The notes under the pieces: model-generated
Seen by the model: only the letters and a program-made list of their open reading frames with translations
What the model was told of the DNA's origin: nothing
Databases searched by the model: none
Source: Erysipelotrichaceae bacterium
GTDB lineage: Bacteria > Bacillota_I > Bacilli_A > Erysipelotrichales > Erysipelotrichaceae
Length of the DNA: 64,000 nucleotides
Assembly (NCBI GenBank): GCA_030536365.1
Contig: JAUNQE010000001.1
Coordinates: 10,137 to 74,136, forward strand
Direction: 5' to 3'
Program-made: the position numbers and the translations under genes
Shown here: positions 7,978 through 16,610 of the stretch, in pieces
Numbering within the stretch: the stretch's first letter is position 1
Layout: every line of letters starts with the position of its first letter

Positions 7978-8778
7978 ATGAAGATCTATGTTTGTGTAAA
8001 ACAGGTCCCGGATACTTCCGGGAGAGTCGCGGTAAAGGACAACGGCGTTCTTGACCGCGCCTCCATGAAAACGATCATTAACCCCGATGACCTGAACGCG
8101 GTCGAAGCCGCGCTGCAGATCAAAGACCAGGAAGGCTGCGAGGTCATCGCGGTCACCATGGGCCCGCCGGCTGCCGAAAGCATGCTGCGGGAACTCTATG
8201 CCATGGGTGTCGATAAAGCAGTCCTGATCTCCGGACGTGAATTCGGCGGTTCCGATACCTTCGCGACCTCCCAGGTCCTGGCCGGAGGCATCCATCATCT
8301 CGGCCTGGAGAAAGAGGATATCGTATTCTGCGGCCGCCAGGCGATCGACGGCGATACCGCCCAGGTCGGTCCCCAGATCGCGGAAAAGCTGAATATCCCG
8401 CAGATCACCTACGCCGGGGAAGTCCGCTATGAAAACGGGAAAGTCTTCGTCAAACGGATGATGGAAGACGGCTATATGGAAGTGGAAGCGCAGACACCTG
8501 TCCTGATCACCTGCATCAAGGAACTCAATACGCCCCGCTACATGACGGTACGGGGGATCCTCGACTGCTTCGACAAGGAGATCACCGTACTCGATTACCC
8601 GACACTGGAGAACGAACCGCTGATCGATAAGACAACGATCGGTCTCTCCGGTTCGCCGACAACGATCTTCCAGTCCTTCACCCCGCCGGTCGCCAAGGGC
8701 GGCGAGATGCTGGAAGGAACGACACAGGAAAAATGCGATGCGCTGGCGGCAAGACTCGCCAGGAAGCAGCTGATCTAA
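7978..8778 (+). CDS. etfB: electron transfer flavoprotein beta subunit
   Basis: 266 aa. MKIYVCVKQVPDT... is a typical EtfB N-terminus. AGGAGG RBS. Confidence 0.9.
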   Translation: MKIYVCVKQVPDTSGRVAVKDNGVLDRASMKTIINPDDLNAVEAALQIKDQEGCEVIAVTMGPPAAESMLRELYAMGVDKAVLISGREFGGSDTFATSQVLAGGIHHLGLEKEDIVFCGRQAIDGDTAQVGPQIAEKLNIPQITYAGEVRYENGKVFVKRMMEDGYMEVEAQTPVLITCIKELNTPRYMTVRGILDCFDKEITVLDYPTLENEPLIDKTTIGLSGSPTTIFQSFTPPVAKGGEMLEGTTQEKCDALAARLARKQLI

Positions 8779-8787
8779 GGAGGCCAT

Positions 8788-9888
8788 ATGGAATACAACA
8801 GTGCAAAGATCGAAGACTTTCACGATATCTGGGTCTTCTGTGAACAGCGTTCCGGCAAACTGATGGAGACGGACTTCGAGCTCGTTTCCGAAGGCCGCAA
8901 ACTGGCGGATGAACGCAATGCGCAGCTCGTCGGTGTCCTCCTCGGCGCGAATGTCAAAGAGCTTGCGAAAGAGATCGGCGGCTACGGCGCCGACAAGGTC
9001 TATGTGATCGAGGATCCGGCGTTAAAAGAGTACTCTTCCGAGACCTACGCGGACGCGCTCTGCCAGATCGTCATGGACAAGAAACCGGAAGTTCTGCTGA
9101 TCGGGGCATCCACGATCGGCCGTGACCTGGCGCCGCGCTGCGCCGCCAGACTGCATACCGGTCTGACCGCGGACTGCACGCATCTTGATATCGATATGAA
9201 CAAATATCTCGACTTCCTGAAGGAAGCTTCCTCGATCGATCTTTCGACCAGGAAATTCAAGATGGAGGATACCAATCTGAAAATGACCCGTCCGGCTTTC
9301 GGCGGTCATATGATGGCAACGATCACCTGCCCGCGTTTCCGTCCCTGCATGTCGACGGTCCGTCCGGGCGTCATGAAAAAAGGCGAATACGATCCGGCGA
9401 AGGCGGAAAAACTCGTTGTTGAAGAATATCACGCGACCCTTTCTGATCCGCTGGTAAAAGTCGTGAAGATCGTTACCGAAGAAAAGAAGGGCGTTGACCT
9501 GACCGGCGCTGAGATCGTCGTCGCGGTCGGTGCCGGCATCTCCAAAGATGTGGAAAAAGGTATGGCTTTAGCCAATGAGCTTGCGGAAGTTCTGGGCGGC
9601 GGCGTCGTTGCCGGTTCCCGTCCGGCGGTCGAAGCAGGCTGGCTGGACCATGAACTGCAGATCGGGCAGACCGGTAAAACAGTCCGTCCGAAGATCTATG
9701 TCGCGCTGGGCATCTCCGGTGCGATCCAGCACAAAGCGGGAATGCAGGACTCGGAGACAGTCATCGCCGTGAACACCAATCCTTCCGCGCCGATCTTTGA
9801 AGCGGCGACCTACGGCATTGCCGGCGACCTGTTCGAAGTCGTGCCGAAGCTGATCGCTTCGATCAGAGCGGCCAAAGCAGCAAAATGA
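8788..9888 (+). CDS. etfA: electron transfer flavoprotein alpha subunit
   Basis: 366 aa; VWVFCEQR..., TRPAFGG and a C-terminal FAD-binding region (PKIYVALGISGAIQH). Confidence 0.9.
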   Translation: MEYNSAKIEDFHDIWVFCEQRSGKLMETDFELVSEGRKLADERNAQLVGVLLGANVKELAKEIGGYGADKVYVIEDPALKEYSSETYADALCQIVMDKKPEVLLIGASTIGRDLAPRCAARLHTGLTADCTHLDIDMNKYLDFLKEASSIDLSTRKFKMEDTNLKMTRPAFGGHMMATITCPRFRPCMSTVRPGVMKKGEYDPAKAEKLVVEEYHATLSDPLVKVVKIVTEEKKGVDLTGAEIVVAVGAGISKDVEKGMALANELAEVLGGGVVAGSRPAVEAGWLDHELQIGQTGKTVRPKIYVALGISGAIQHKAGMQDSETVIAVNTNPSAPIFEAATYGIAGDLFEVVPKLIASIRAAKAAK

Positions 9889-10682
9889 GCTGCTATGTGA
9901 TGGGGATCGATATCGGTTCCACGACCTCCAAAGGCGTCGTCTTAAAAGACGGCGGCGAGATCGTTTCGACCTATCTGATCCATGCCGGGACCGGCACCAA
10001 GGGTCCCGCGACCGTCAAGGAGGAGCTCTTAAAGAGTTCCGGCCTGAAGGAAGAGGAGATCGCCTATACGGTCGTTACCGGTTACGGAAGAAAGACCTAT
10101 GCCGAGGCGGACGCGCAGCTCTCCGAACTCAGCTGTCACGCCAAAGGCGCGCATTATCTCTTCCCCGAAGCCCGCACGGTCATCGATATCGGCGGACAGG
10201 ACGCCAAGGTCATGAAACTGGACGGGGAAGGAAGGATGACGGCCTTTCTGATGAATGATAAATGCGCTGCCGGCACCGGACGCTTTCTCGAGGTCATGGC
10301 AGCGATCCTGCAGCTCGATGTCTCACAGCTCGAGGAAGAGGCTGCCAAAGCAGGGGAGGCGCTCAAGATCTCAAGCACCTGCACGGTGTTTGCGGAATCG
10401 GAGGTCATCTCCCAGCTTTCCAACGGCGCCGAGATCCCGGCGCTCGTCAAAGGCATCTGCAAGTCTGTCGCCAGCCGCGTGGGCGCGCTGGCCAAACGGA
10501 TCGGCATCGAGGAAAAAGTCTGCATGAGCGGCGGCGTCGCCAACAACGGCGGCGTAAGAGACGCGCTTGCGGAAGAACTAGGAAAAGAGATCGGATACTC
10601 GCCTCTGGCGCAGCTGACAGGCGCGCTCGGGGCAGCGATCTACGCATATGAACGTGCAACGAAGGAGAGGAAAGATGGCTGA
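9885..10682 (+). CDS. 2-hydroxyacyl-CoA dehydratase activase (HgdC/HadI/FldI-type BcrAD_BadFG ATPase)
   Basis: 265 aa; GIDIGSTTSKGV, DIGGQD and CAAGTGRFLE (cluster Cys). ATGA overlap with the etfA stop. ATG 9900 is an alternative start. Confidence 0.85.
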   Translation: MSCYVMGIDIGSTTSKGVVLKDGGEIVSTYLIHAGTGTKGPATVKEELLKSSGLKEEEIAYTVVTGYGRKTYAEADAQLSELSCHAKGAHYLFPEARTVIDIGGQDAKVMKLDGEGRMTAFLMNDKCAAGTGRFLEVMAAILQLDVSQLEEEAAKAGEALKISSTCTVFAESEVISQLSNGAEIPALVKGICKSVASRVGALAKRIGIEEKVCMSGGVANNGGVRDALAEELGKEIGYSPLAQLTGALGAAIYAYERATKERKDG

Positions 10683-11916
10683 AGAAATCAAGAAACAAAG
10701 ACCGGCCCCGGATCCCAATTCTGCGAAATATAAGCTGAACATGATCGCCAAGAAGGCGTACGATGACGCGTTTGCCGCCAAGGAGCGCGGCGAGCTCGTC
10801 GGCTGGTGTTCCAGCAATTTCCCGGTCGAGATCCCGGAAACACTGGGCCTCTATGTCTGCTACCCGGAAAACCAGGCCGCCGGCATTGCTGCCCGCGGCG
10901 GCGGTGAGAGAATGTGCTCGATCGCCGAGGGACAGGGTTATTCCAACGACATCTGCGCTTATGCGCGTGTCTCGCTGGCTTACGCTTCCGGCGCTCCGGC
11001 AGAGGAGCAGCCGATGCCGCTGCCGGACTATGTCCTATGCTGCAACAATATCTGCAACTGCATGATCAAATGGTATGAGAACCTTTCAAGAGAGCTTCAT
11101 ATCCCGATGATCATGATCGATATCCCGTTCAATCCGGATTACGATGTTCCGGACGCGGAAGTTGCCTATATCAAGAACCAGTTCCTGGACGCGATCAGGC
11201 AGCTTGAAGAGATCACCGGGAAGAAGTGGAGCTGGGACCGTTACCGTGAGGTCATGGAGATCTCCGGACGCACCAGCCGCGCCTGGCTCGAGGCGACAGC
11301 TACCGCGAAATACGTGCCTTCTCCGTTCAACGGTTTCGATCTGCTGAACCACATGGCGGTCATGGTCACTGCCAGAGGCAAGCTCGAAGCGGCGGAAGCG
11401 ATGGAGACCTTATTAAAGGAATATAAGGAAAACCACGAGAAGGGCGTCAGCACCTACCGCGGCGAGGAAAAGCACCGCATCATGTTTGAAGGCATCGCCT
11501 GCTGGCCGTGGCTGCGGGTCACCGCGCACGGACTGCGCGACCGCGGCATCAACATGGTCACCACGATCTATGCCGACGCTTTCGGCTTCATCTACAAGGA
11601 CTTCGATGATATGTGCCGTGTTTACGCCAAGGTGCCGAACGCGATCAATCTCGAATACGCCAGAGACAAACGTATCAAGCTCTGCAAGGACAACCATGTG
11701 GAAGGACTGCTCGTCCATACCAACCGTTCCTGCAAGCTCTGGAGCGGCTTCATGTATGAGATGAGCCGCCAGATCGGCGAGGAATGCGATATCCCGGTCG
11801 TCAGTTTTGACGGCGACCAGGCGGATCCGCGCAACTTCTCCGAAGCGCAGTATGATACCCGTGTACAGGGACTGACAGAGATCATGCAGTCCAGAAAGGA
11901 GACTCAGAATGCTTGA
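10675..11916 (+). CDS. 2-hydroxyacyl-CoA dehydratase, large (alpha; HgdA/HadB/FldB-like) subunit
   Basis: 413 aa from the ATG preceded by AGGAGAGG; 8-nt overlap with the activase. The size and Cys-containing motifs fit the HgdA/HadB family. Confidence 0.8.
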   Translation: MAEEIKKQRPAPDPNSAKYKLNMIAKKAYDDAFAAKERGELVGWCSSNFPVEIPETLGLYVCYPENQAAGIAARGGGERMCSIAEGQGYSNDICAYARVSLAYASGAPAEEQPMPLPDYVLCCNNICNCMIKWYENLSRELHIPMIMIDIPFNPDYDVPDAEVAYIKNQFLDAIRQLEEITGKKWSWDRYREVMEISGRTSRAWLEATATAKYVPSPFNGFDLLNHMAVMVTARGKLEAAEAMETLLKEYKENHEKGVSTYRGEEKHRIMFEGIACWPWLRVTAHGLRDRGINMVTTIYADAFGFIYKDFDDMCRVYAKVPNAINLEYARDKRIKLCKDNHVEGLLVHTNRSCKLWSGFMYEMSRQIGEECDIPVVSFDGDQADPRNFSEAQYDTRVQGLTEIMQSRKETQNA

Positions 11917-13030
11917 CGATATCCTGAAGAAATTCGAAGAAGCCGCCAGACATCCGGAGCTTTTGAAGGAACGCTATCTTTCCGAAGGCAAGCAGATCGT
12001 ACTGGTCGCGCCGGTCTATACACCGGAAGAGATCGTCCATTCGATGGGATTAGTACCGATGGGCGCCTGGGGCGGCGATCTGCAGCTGCAGGAATCCAAA
12101 CGTTATTTCCCGGCCTTCATCTGCTCGATCGTGCAGTCGATCGTTGAGCTGGGCATGAAAGGCGCTTACGAAGGCGTCAGCGCCCTGATCGTTCCCTCGC
12201 TCTGCGACTCCTTAAAGGTCCTGGGTGAGAACTGGAAATACGCTGTTCCCTCGATCCCCTTTATCCCGATGACTTACCCGCAGAACCGCAAGCCGGAATA
12301 TGCCCTGGACTACACGCTCCATGGCTATGAGCGGGTCATCAGCGACCTGCAGAAAGCGACCGGCAAGGTCTTCTCCGAGAAACTGCTGCGCGTTTCCCTG
12401 CAGATCTATAACGAACACAATGAACTGATGCGCGAGACCGTTAAAGAACTCGCCGCTCATCCGGAGATCACTGCCGGGCAGCGTTCCTGGATCTTCAAGA
12501 GCGCGACCTTCTTACGCAAAGAGGAACATTCCGCGCTGCTGCGCCAGTTCCTAAAAGAACTGAAGGAACAGGAAGCAGGCGAAAGAAAACTGCGCATCGT
12601 CACCACCGGCATCCTCGCGGACGCGCCGTCACTTCTGAAGATCCTCGATGAGAACGGTCTGCAGATCGTGGCGGACGATATCGCCGCGGAAAGCCGCCAG
12701 TACAAGACGGACTGTGAGATCGGAAACGACGGACTCGTCTCCCTGGCAAAGAAATACGCTGCCAGAGACAACTGTTCAGTCCTCTATGATCCGTATAAGC
12801 GCCGTGTCGAAGCACTGGTCGAGACCGCCAAGGCTGTTGAGGCCGACGGCGTATTGATGGTCCTGACGAAGTTCTGTGATCCGGAGGAATTCGATTATCC
12901 TCTGATCCGCAATGCCTGCAACGCGGCCGGACTGCCGATCGTTGAGGTCGAAGTCGACCGCCAGATGGAGAATTACGAACAGGCGGCAACGATCATCGAA
13001 TCGTTCAAGGAAATGATGGAGAGTAAATAA
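11909..13030 (+). CDS. 2-hydroxyacyl-CoA dehydratase, small (beta; HgdB/HadC/FldC-like) subunit
   Basis: 373 aa. The start overlaps the alpha-subunit stop, with an AAGGAG RBS. It pairs with the alpha subunit as in the hgdAB/hadBC/fldBC operons. Confidence 0.8.
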   Translation: MLDDILKKFEEAARHPELLKERYLSEGKQIVLVAPVYTPEEIVHSMGLVPMGAWGGDLQLQESKRYFPAFICSIVQSIVELGMKGAYEGVSALIVPSLCDSLKVLGENWKYAVPSIPFIPMTYPQNRKPEYALDYTLHGYERVISDLQKATGKVFSEKLLRVSLQIYNEHNELMRETVKELAAHPEITAGQRSWIFKSATFLRKEEHSALLRQFLKELKEQEAGERKLRIVTTGILADAPSLLKILDENGLQIVADDIAAESRQYKTDCEIGNDGLVSLAKKYAARDNCSVLYDPYKRRVEALVETAKAVEADGVLMVLTKFCDPEEFDYPLIRNACNAAGLPIVEVEVDRQMENYEQAATIIESFKEMMESK

Positions 13031-14278
13031 ATGAGTGAATACAATACACGCCCGTTAGAGGGCATCAAGATCGTTGAACTGGCTACATTCATTGCCGCGC
13101 CCTGCTGCGCCCGCTATCTTGCGGACCTGGGCGCCGATGTCATCAAGGTCGAACGTCCCAAAGGCGACGATCTGCGTTTTACCGCGGTCAACGAAGGACG
13201 TCCCTTCGGCGATAAGGAGGATACGAGCTTCACTCTGGAAAATACCGGCAAGCGCTGCGTCACCCTCGACACCAAGAGCGCGGCCGGCCGTGAGGCTCTT
13301 GAAAAGCTCATCGCCAACGCCGATATCTTTTTGACCAACTGGCGTCAGCCGGCTCTTGAAAGAGCGGGTCTGGATTACGATACATTAAAAGTCAAATACC
13401 CCAAACTCGTCTATGGCATCGTTTCCGGTTACGGCGAGAAGGGACCGGACAAGGATCTGCCGGGCTTTGACTTCACCGCTTACTTCGCCCATTCCGGTGT
13501 CATGGGAACCCTCTATGACAAAGGCAGCGAGCCGATGATGCCGCTGGCCGGCTTCGGTGACCATCAGGTCGCGATGAGCCTGGCTTCCGGTGTTCTGGCT
13601 GCTCTCTACCGCGCGGAAAAGACCGGCCGCGGCGATAAGGTCGTCGTCAGCCTGTACCACAGCGGTGTATGGGATGTCTCCTTATATCTGATCGCCAGCC
13701 AGTATGGCGACAAATCCACCCAGTATCCGATCCGCAAGGCGGAACTGACTAACCCCCTGAACTCTGCCAGAAGAACGTCCGATGACCGCTGGTTCATGTT
13801 CTCGGTACCGGCATATGACAAACTCTTCAATAAGTTTGTCGCGGAAGCACTGAACCGTCCGGACCTTGTCAACGATCCGCGTTTCTATCCGCAGACGAAT
13901 CTCGTCAACGGCCATCTCGATGAATGGGACGCGCTGTTCAACGCGGAAGTCGCCAAGCACGATGTCAATTACTGGATCGCCCAGATGAAGAAGGCCGACC
14001 TGCCGTTTGCCGTCTGCCAGACCTGGGATGAGATCCTGAAGGATGAGCAGGCGTTCGCCAGCGATATCTTAACGGAAGTCACCTTCCCCAACGGCAACAA
14101 ACGGACGATGGTTCGCACCCCGGTCATGTTCCAGGATACGGAACTGCCGGAATACAAACCGGCGCATTTCCTGGGCCAGGATACCCGCGAAGTCCTCGCG
14201 GAACTGGGTTACAGCGAAGCGCAGATCGACGCGATGATCGCGGCCGGTGAAGCAACAGACACTGTCCGCATCGGTTAA
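13031..14278 (+). CDS. family III CoA-transferase (CaiB/BaiF; HadA/FldA-like)
   Basis: 415 aa. PLEGIKIVELATFIAAPCCARYLADLGADVIKVE is the typical family III N-terminus. Confidence 0.85.
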   Translation: MSEYNTRPLEGIKIVELATFIAAPCCARYLADLGADVIKVERPKGDDLRFTAVNEGRPFGDKEDTSFTLENTGKRCVTLDTKSAAGREALEKLIANADIFLTNWRQPALERAGLDYDTLKVKYPKLVYGIVSGYGEKGPDKDLPGFDFTAYFAHSGVMGTLYDKGSEPMMPLAGFGDHQVAMSLASGVLAALYRAEKTGRGDKVVVSLYHSGVWDVSLYLIASQYGDKSTQYPIRKAELTNPLNSARRTSDDRWFMFSVPAYDKLFNKFVAEALNRPDLVNDPRFYPQTNLVNGHLDEWDALFNAEVAKHDVNYWIAQMKKADLPFAVCQTWDEILKDEQAFASDILTEVTFPNGNKRTMVRTPVMFQDTELPEYKPAHFLGQDTREVLAELGYSEAQIDAMIAAGEATDTVRIG

Positions 14279-14288
14279 TAGAAAAATT

Positions 14289-15887
14289 ATGGAACTGCAA
14301 AGACGCACCTTACTGGAATACCTGCATGACACGGTCCGAAGAGACCCGCAGAAGACCGCCGTGATCTTTCACGGAGAGTCTTTTTCGTGGTCGGAAGTCG
14401 ACCGCTGCAGCGACTGTTTCGCGGTGCGTCTTTTGCGTTCCGGTCTTAAATGCGGTGACCACGTGGGGATCTGGTGCGCCAATTCCTACAACTGGATCAT
14501 TGCTTTTCTCGCAGCCGTCAAGCTTGACTGCCTGCCGGTCGCGGTAAATACCTCTTTCAAATATCCGGAAGTCCGCGGGATCGTTGAATACGCGGAATTG
14601 GGGATGCTGCTGTTCGGTGACGGACATAAGGATGTGGATTTCCATCCGATCATCGCCGAACTGCAGAAGGAATTCCCAAGTCTGCTGGCGCTGCCGATCG
14701 GCGGCAGTGTCGGTGATCTCAGGGAAGAGATGTTTACCGGAACTGAAAAAGAAACAAAGCTCCCTGCCTCAGAGGCAAAGCCGGACGATATCCTGGCGAT
14801 GCTGCTGACTTCCGGTACGACCGGAAAGGCAAAAGGCGTGATGCTGAGCCATTACAATCTGACCAATACCGCCCGCAGCACGATCGAGGCGATGGGCTGG
14901 ACCGCGGAAGACCGTATGTTTATCGGGGTCTCGCTGTTCCATTGTTTCGGACTGACTTCAAGTCTCATCTCATCGATCATCCTGGGCTGCACGATGTGTC
15001 CGGTGACTTCCTTCCGCACGAAGCAAACGCTCGACTGTGTAGAAAAGAATCACTGTACGATCTTGAACGGGGTGCCGACGATGTTTCTGGCGATGCTGCG
15101 CAACCCGTCCTTCAAAGACTATGATCTCTCGTCCCTGCGCTGCGGCATCATCGCCGGAAGCGCGATCTCGCCGAGCGAATATATGGATGTCTGCAAGGCT
15201 TTCCCGAGCATGAAGTTCGTTCCTTCCTACGGACAGACCGAGACTTCCCCGGCTGTATCCTTCTCGCTGCTCAGCGATCCGGATGAGAAGAACGCGTATA
15301 CCGCGGGCAAGATCCTCCCTCGTGTCGAAGCGCGGATCGTCTCCTTAAAGGACAGAAGACCGCTTCCCTGCGGTGAGACCGGCGAACTTGAGATCCGCGG
15401 CTATAACGTGATGCAGGGCTATTACCGGATGCCGGAGCTGACCGCCGCCACGATCAGTGAGGACGGCTGGCTGAAGACCGGCGATCTGGCAGTGCTCGAT
15501 GAAGACAACTATCTGTATATGAAAGGCCGCTGCAAGGATCTGATCATCCGCGGCGGTGAGAATATCTCCCCGCAGGAGATCGAAAATGTCCTGCTGGAAA
15601 AATGCCCGTGGCTGGCGGAGGTCTGTGTCGTGGCGCTGCCGGCAGAGGTGATCCAGGAAAGGATCGCCGCCTGTGTCATCCTGAAAGAAGGGAAGGAACT
15701 GCAGGAAGAGGAGATCCGCAGCCGCCTGAAGAAAGAACTGGCGGACTACAAGATCCCGGACACCTTTATTCTCTTTGATCATTTCCCGGTCACGGCCAGC
15801 GGCAAGGTCCGCCGTCCGGAACTGGTAGAACAGCTGACTGCCGGAAAAGACGGTAGGATCACCCGGAAGGAGCAGCAACATGAATAA
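14289..15887 (+). CDS. AMP-forming acyl-CoA ligase
   Basis: 532 aa from ATG 14289; the upstream in-frame start at 14247 would overlap the CoA-transferase. Motifs LLTSGTTGKAKG, YGQTE, GDL..D..GY and the C-terminal GKV.R. Confidence 0.85.
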   Translation: MELQRRTLLEYLHDTVRRDPQKTAVIFHGESFSWSEVDRCSDCFAVRLLRSGLKCGDHVGIWCANSYNWIIAFLAAVKLDCLPVAVNTSFKYPEVRGIVEYAELGMLLFGDGHKDVDFHPIIAELQKEFPSLLALPIGGSVGDLREEMFTGTEKETKLPASEAKPDDILAMLLTSGTTGKAKGVMLSHYNLTNTARSTIEAMGWTAEDRMFIGVSLFHCFGLTSSLISSIILGCTMCPVTSFRTKQTLDCVEKNHCTILNGVPTMFLAMLRNPSFKDYDLSSLRCGIIAGSAISPSEYMDVCKAFPSMKFVPSYGQTETSPAVSFSLLSDPDEKNAYTAGKILPRVEARIVSLKDRRPLPCGETGELEIRGYNVMQGYYRMPELTAATISEDGWLKTGDLAVLDEDNYLYMKGRCKDLIIRGGENISPQEIENVLLEKCPWLAEVCVVALPAEVIQERIAACVILKEGKELQEEEIRSRLKKELADYKIPDTFILFDHFPVTASGKVRRPELVEQLTAGKDGRITRKEQQHE

Positions 15888-16569
15888 GCTTCAGGAACGT
15901 TCTCTGATCAGCAGCGAGGAGATCTATCAGGATCTTCTGAAAAAGATCATCGACACCGAATACCTGCCGGGCGACGCGCTCAGTGAGAATGAGCTGTGCG
16001 CCATCTACAACTGTTCCCGGCATATGGTGCGCGGAGCTTTCGCGACCCTGAAGGAAAAGGGACTGCTGGAGGTCTATCCCCAGCGGGGAAGCTTCGTTTC
16101 TCTGATCGACCTCAAAAAGATCGCGGATATCCTGTTTCTGCGTGAGGCGGCAGAGACGACGGCCGCCATGCAGATCATTGAGAAGGATGATGATATCGAA
16201 GAACTGGTCGTTCTCCTGGAGAAGACGATCAGTGAGCAGAAGAAGGCCTATGCCAAAGGCGGCAGCCATCTTCAGGAATACTTTCACGCAGATGACCTGT
16301 TCCACCAGGTACTGCTCGATAAAGCCGGCCGCGGCGGGATCGAAACGATCCTGGGTGATGCCTATATGCATCTGCGCCGCTGGCGGAATCTCGAGATCAA
16401 GACGACAGGCCGCGTTCCCGGCCTGATCGAGGAACATCAGGCGATCGCCGAGGCGATCGCGAAAAGAGATGTCCCGAAGACCGTGAAACTGCTGCACGCG
16501 CATTTTGACACGGTCAAATATGCCGCGTCGGTCGACGAGGGACGGGACAACTCCTATTTTTACCGCTAA
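15880..16569 (+). CDS. GntR-family transcriptional regulator (FadR/FCD-type)
   Basis: 229 aa. The N-terminal wHTH (LSENELCAIYNCSRHMVRGAFATLKEKGLL) precedes a helical FCD-like C-terminal domain. AAGGAG RBS; 8-nt overlap with the ligase. Confidence 0.85.
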   Translation: MNKLQERSLISSEEIYQDLLKKIIDTEYLPGDALSENELCAIYNCSRHMVRGAFATLKEKGLLEVYPQRGSFVSLIDLKKIADILFLREAAETTAAMQIIEKDDDIEELVVLLEKTISEQKKAYAKGGSHLQEYFHADDLFHQVLLDKAGRGGIETILGDAYMHLRRWRNLEIKTTGRVPGLIEEHQAIAEAIAKRDVPKTVKLLHAHFDTVKYAASVDEGRDNSYFYR

Positions 16570-16610
16570 AGGAAATAACGTTCTGCTATTCGGAAGGGAG
16601 GATTTATATA

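Noticed and set aside
7234-8823. A 529-aa ORF on the minus strand spanning the acyl-CoA dehydrogenase and etfB genes. Many similar long antisense or alternative-frame ORFs occur elsewhere, for example 1202-2032, 15345-16503, 17502-18305, 26027-26719, 29619-30305, 30508-31458, 37924-38679, 49259-51151, and the Arg-rich frames at 10255-10698.
   Set aside because: They lie antisense to, or out of frame within, genes with clear family motifs and RBSs. They have no RBS of their own. Their composition (D/R/H/G/F/V-rich, low complexity) is what the reverse frame of GAT/ATC/CCG-biased codons produces. They are best explained as shadow ORFs.
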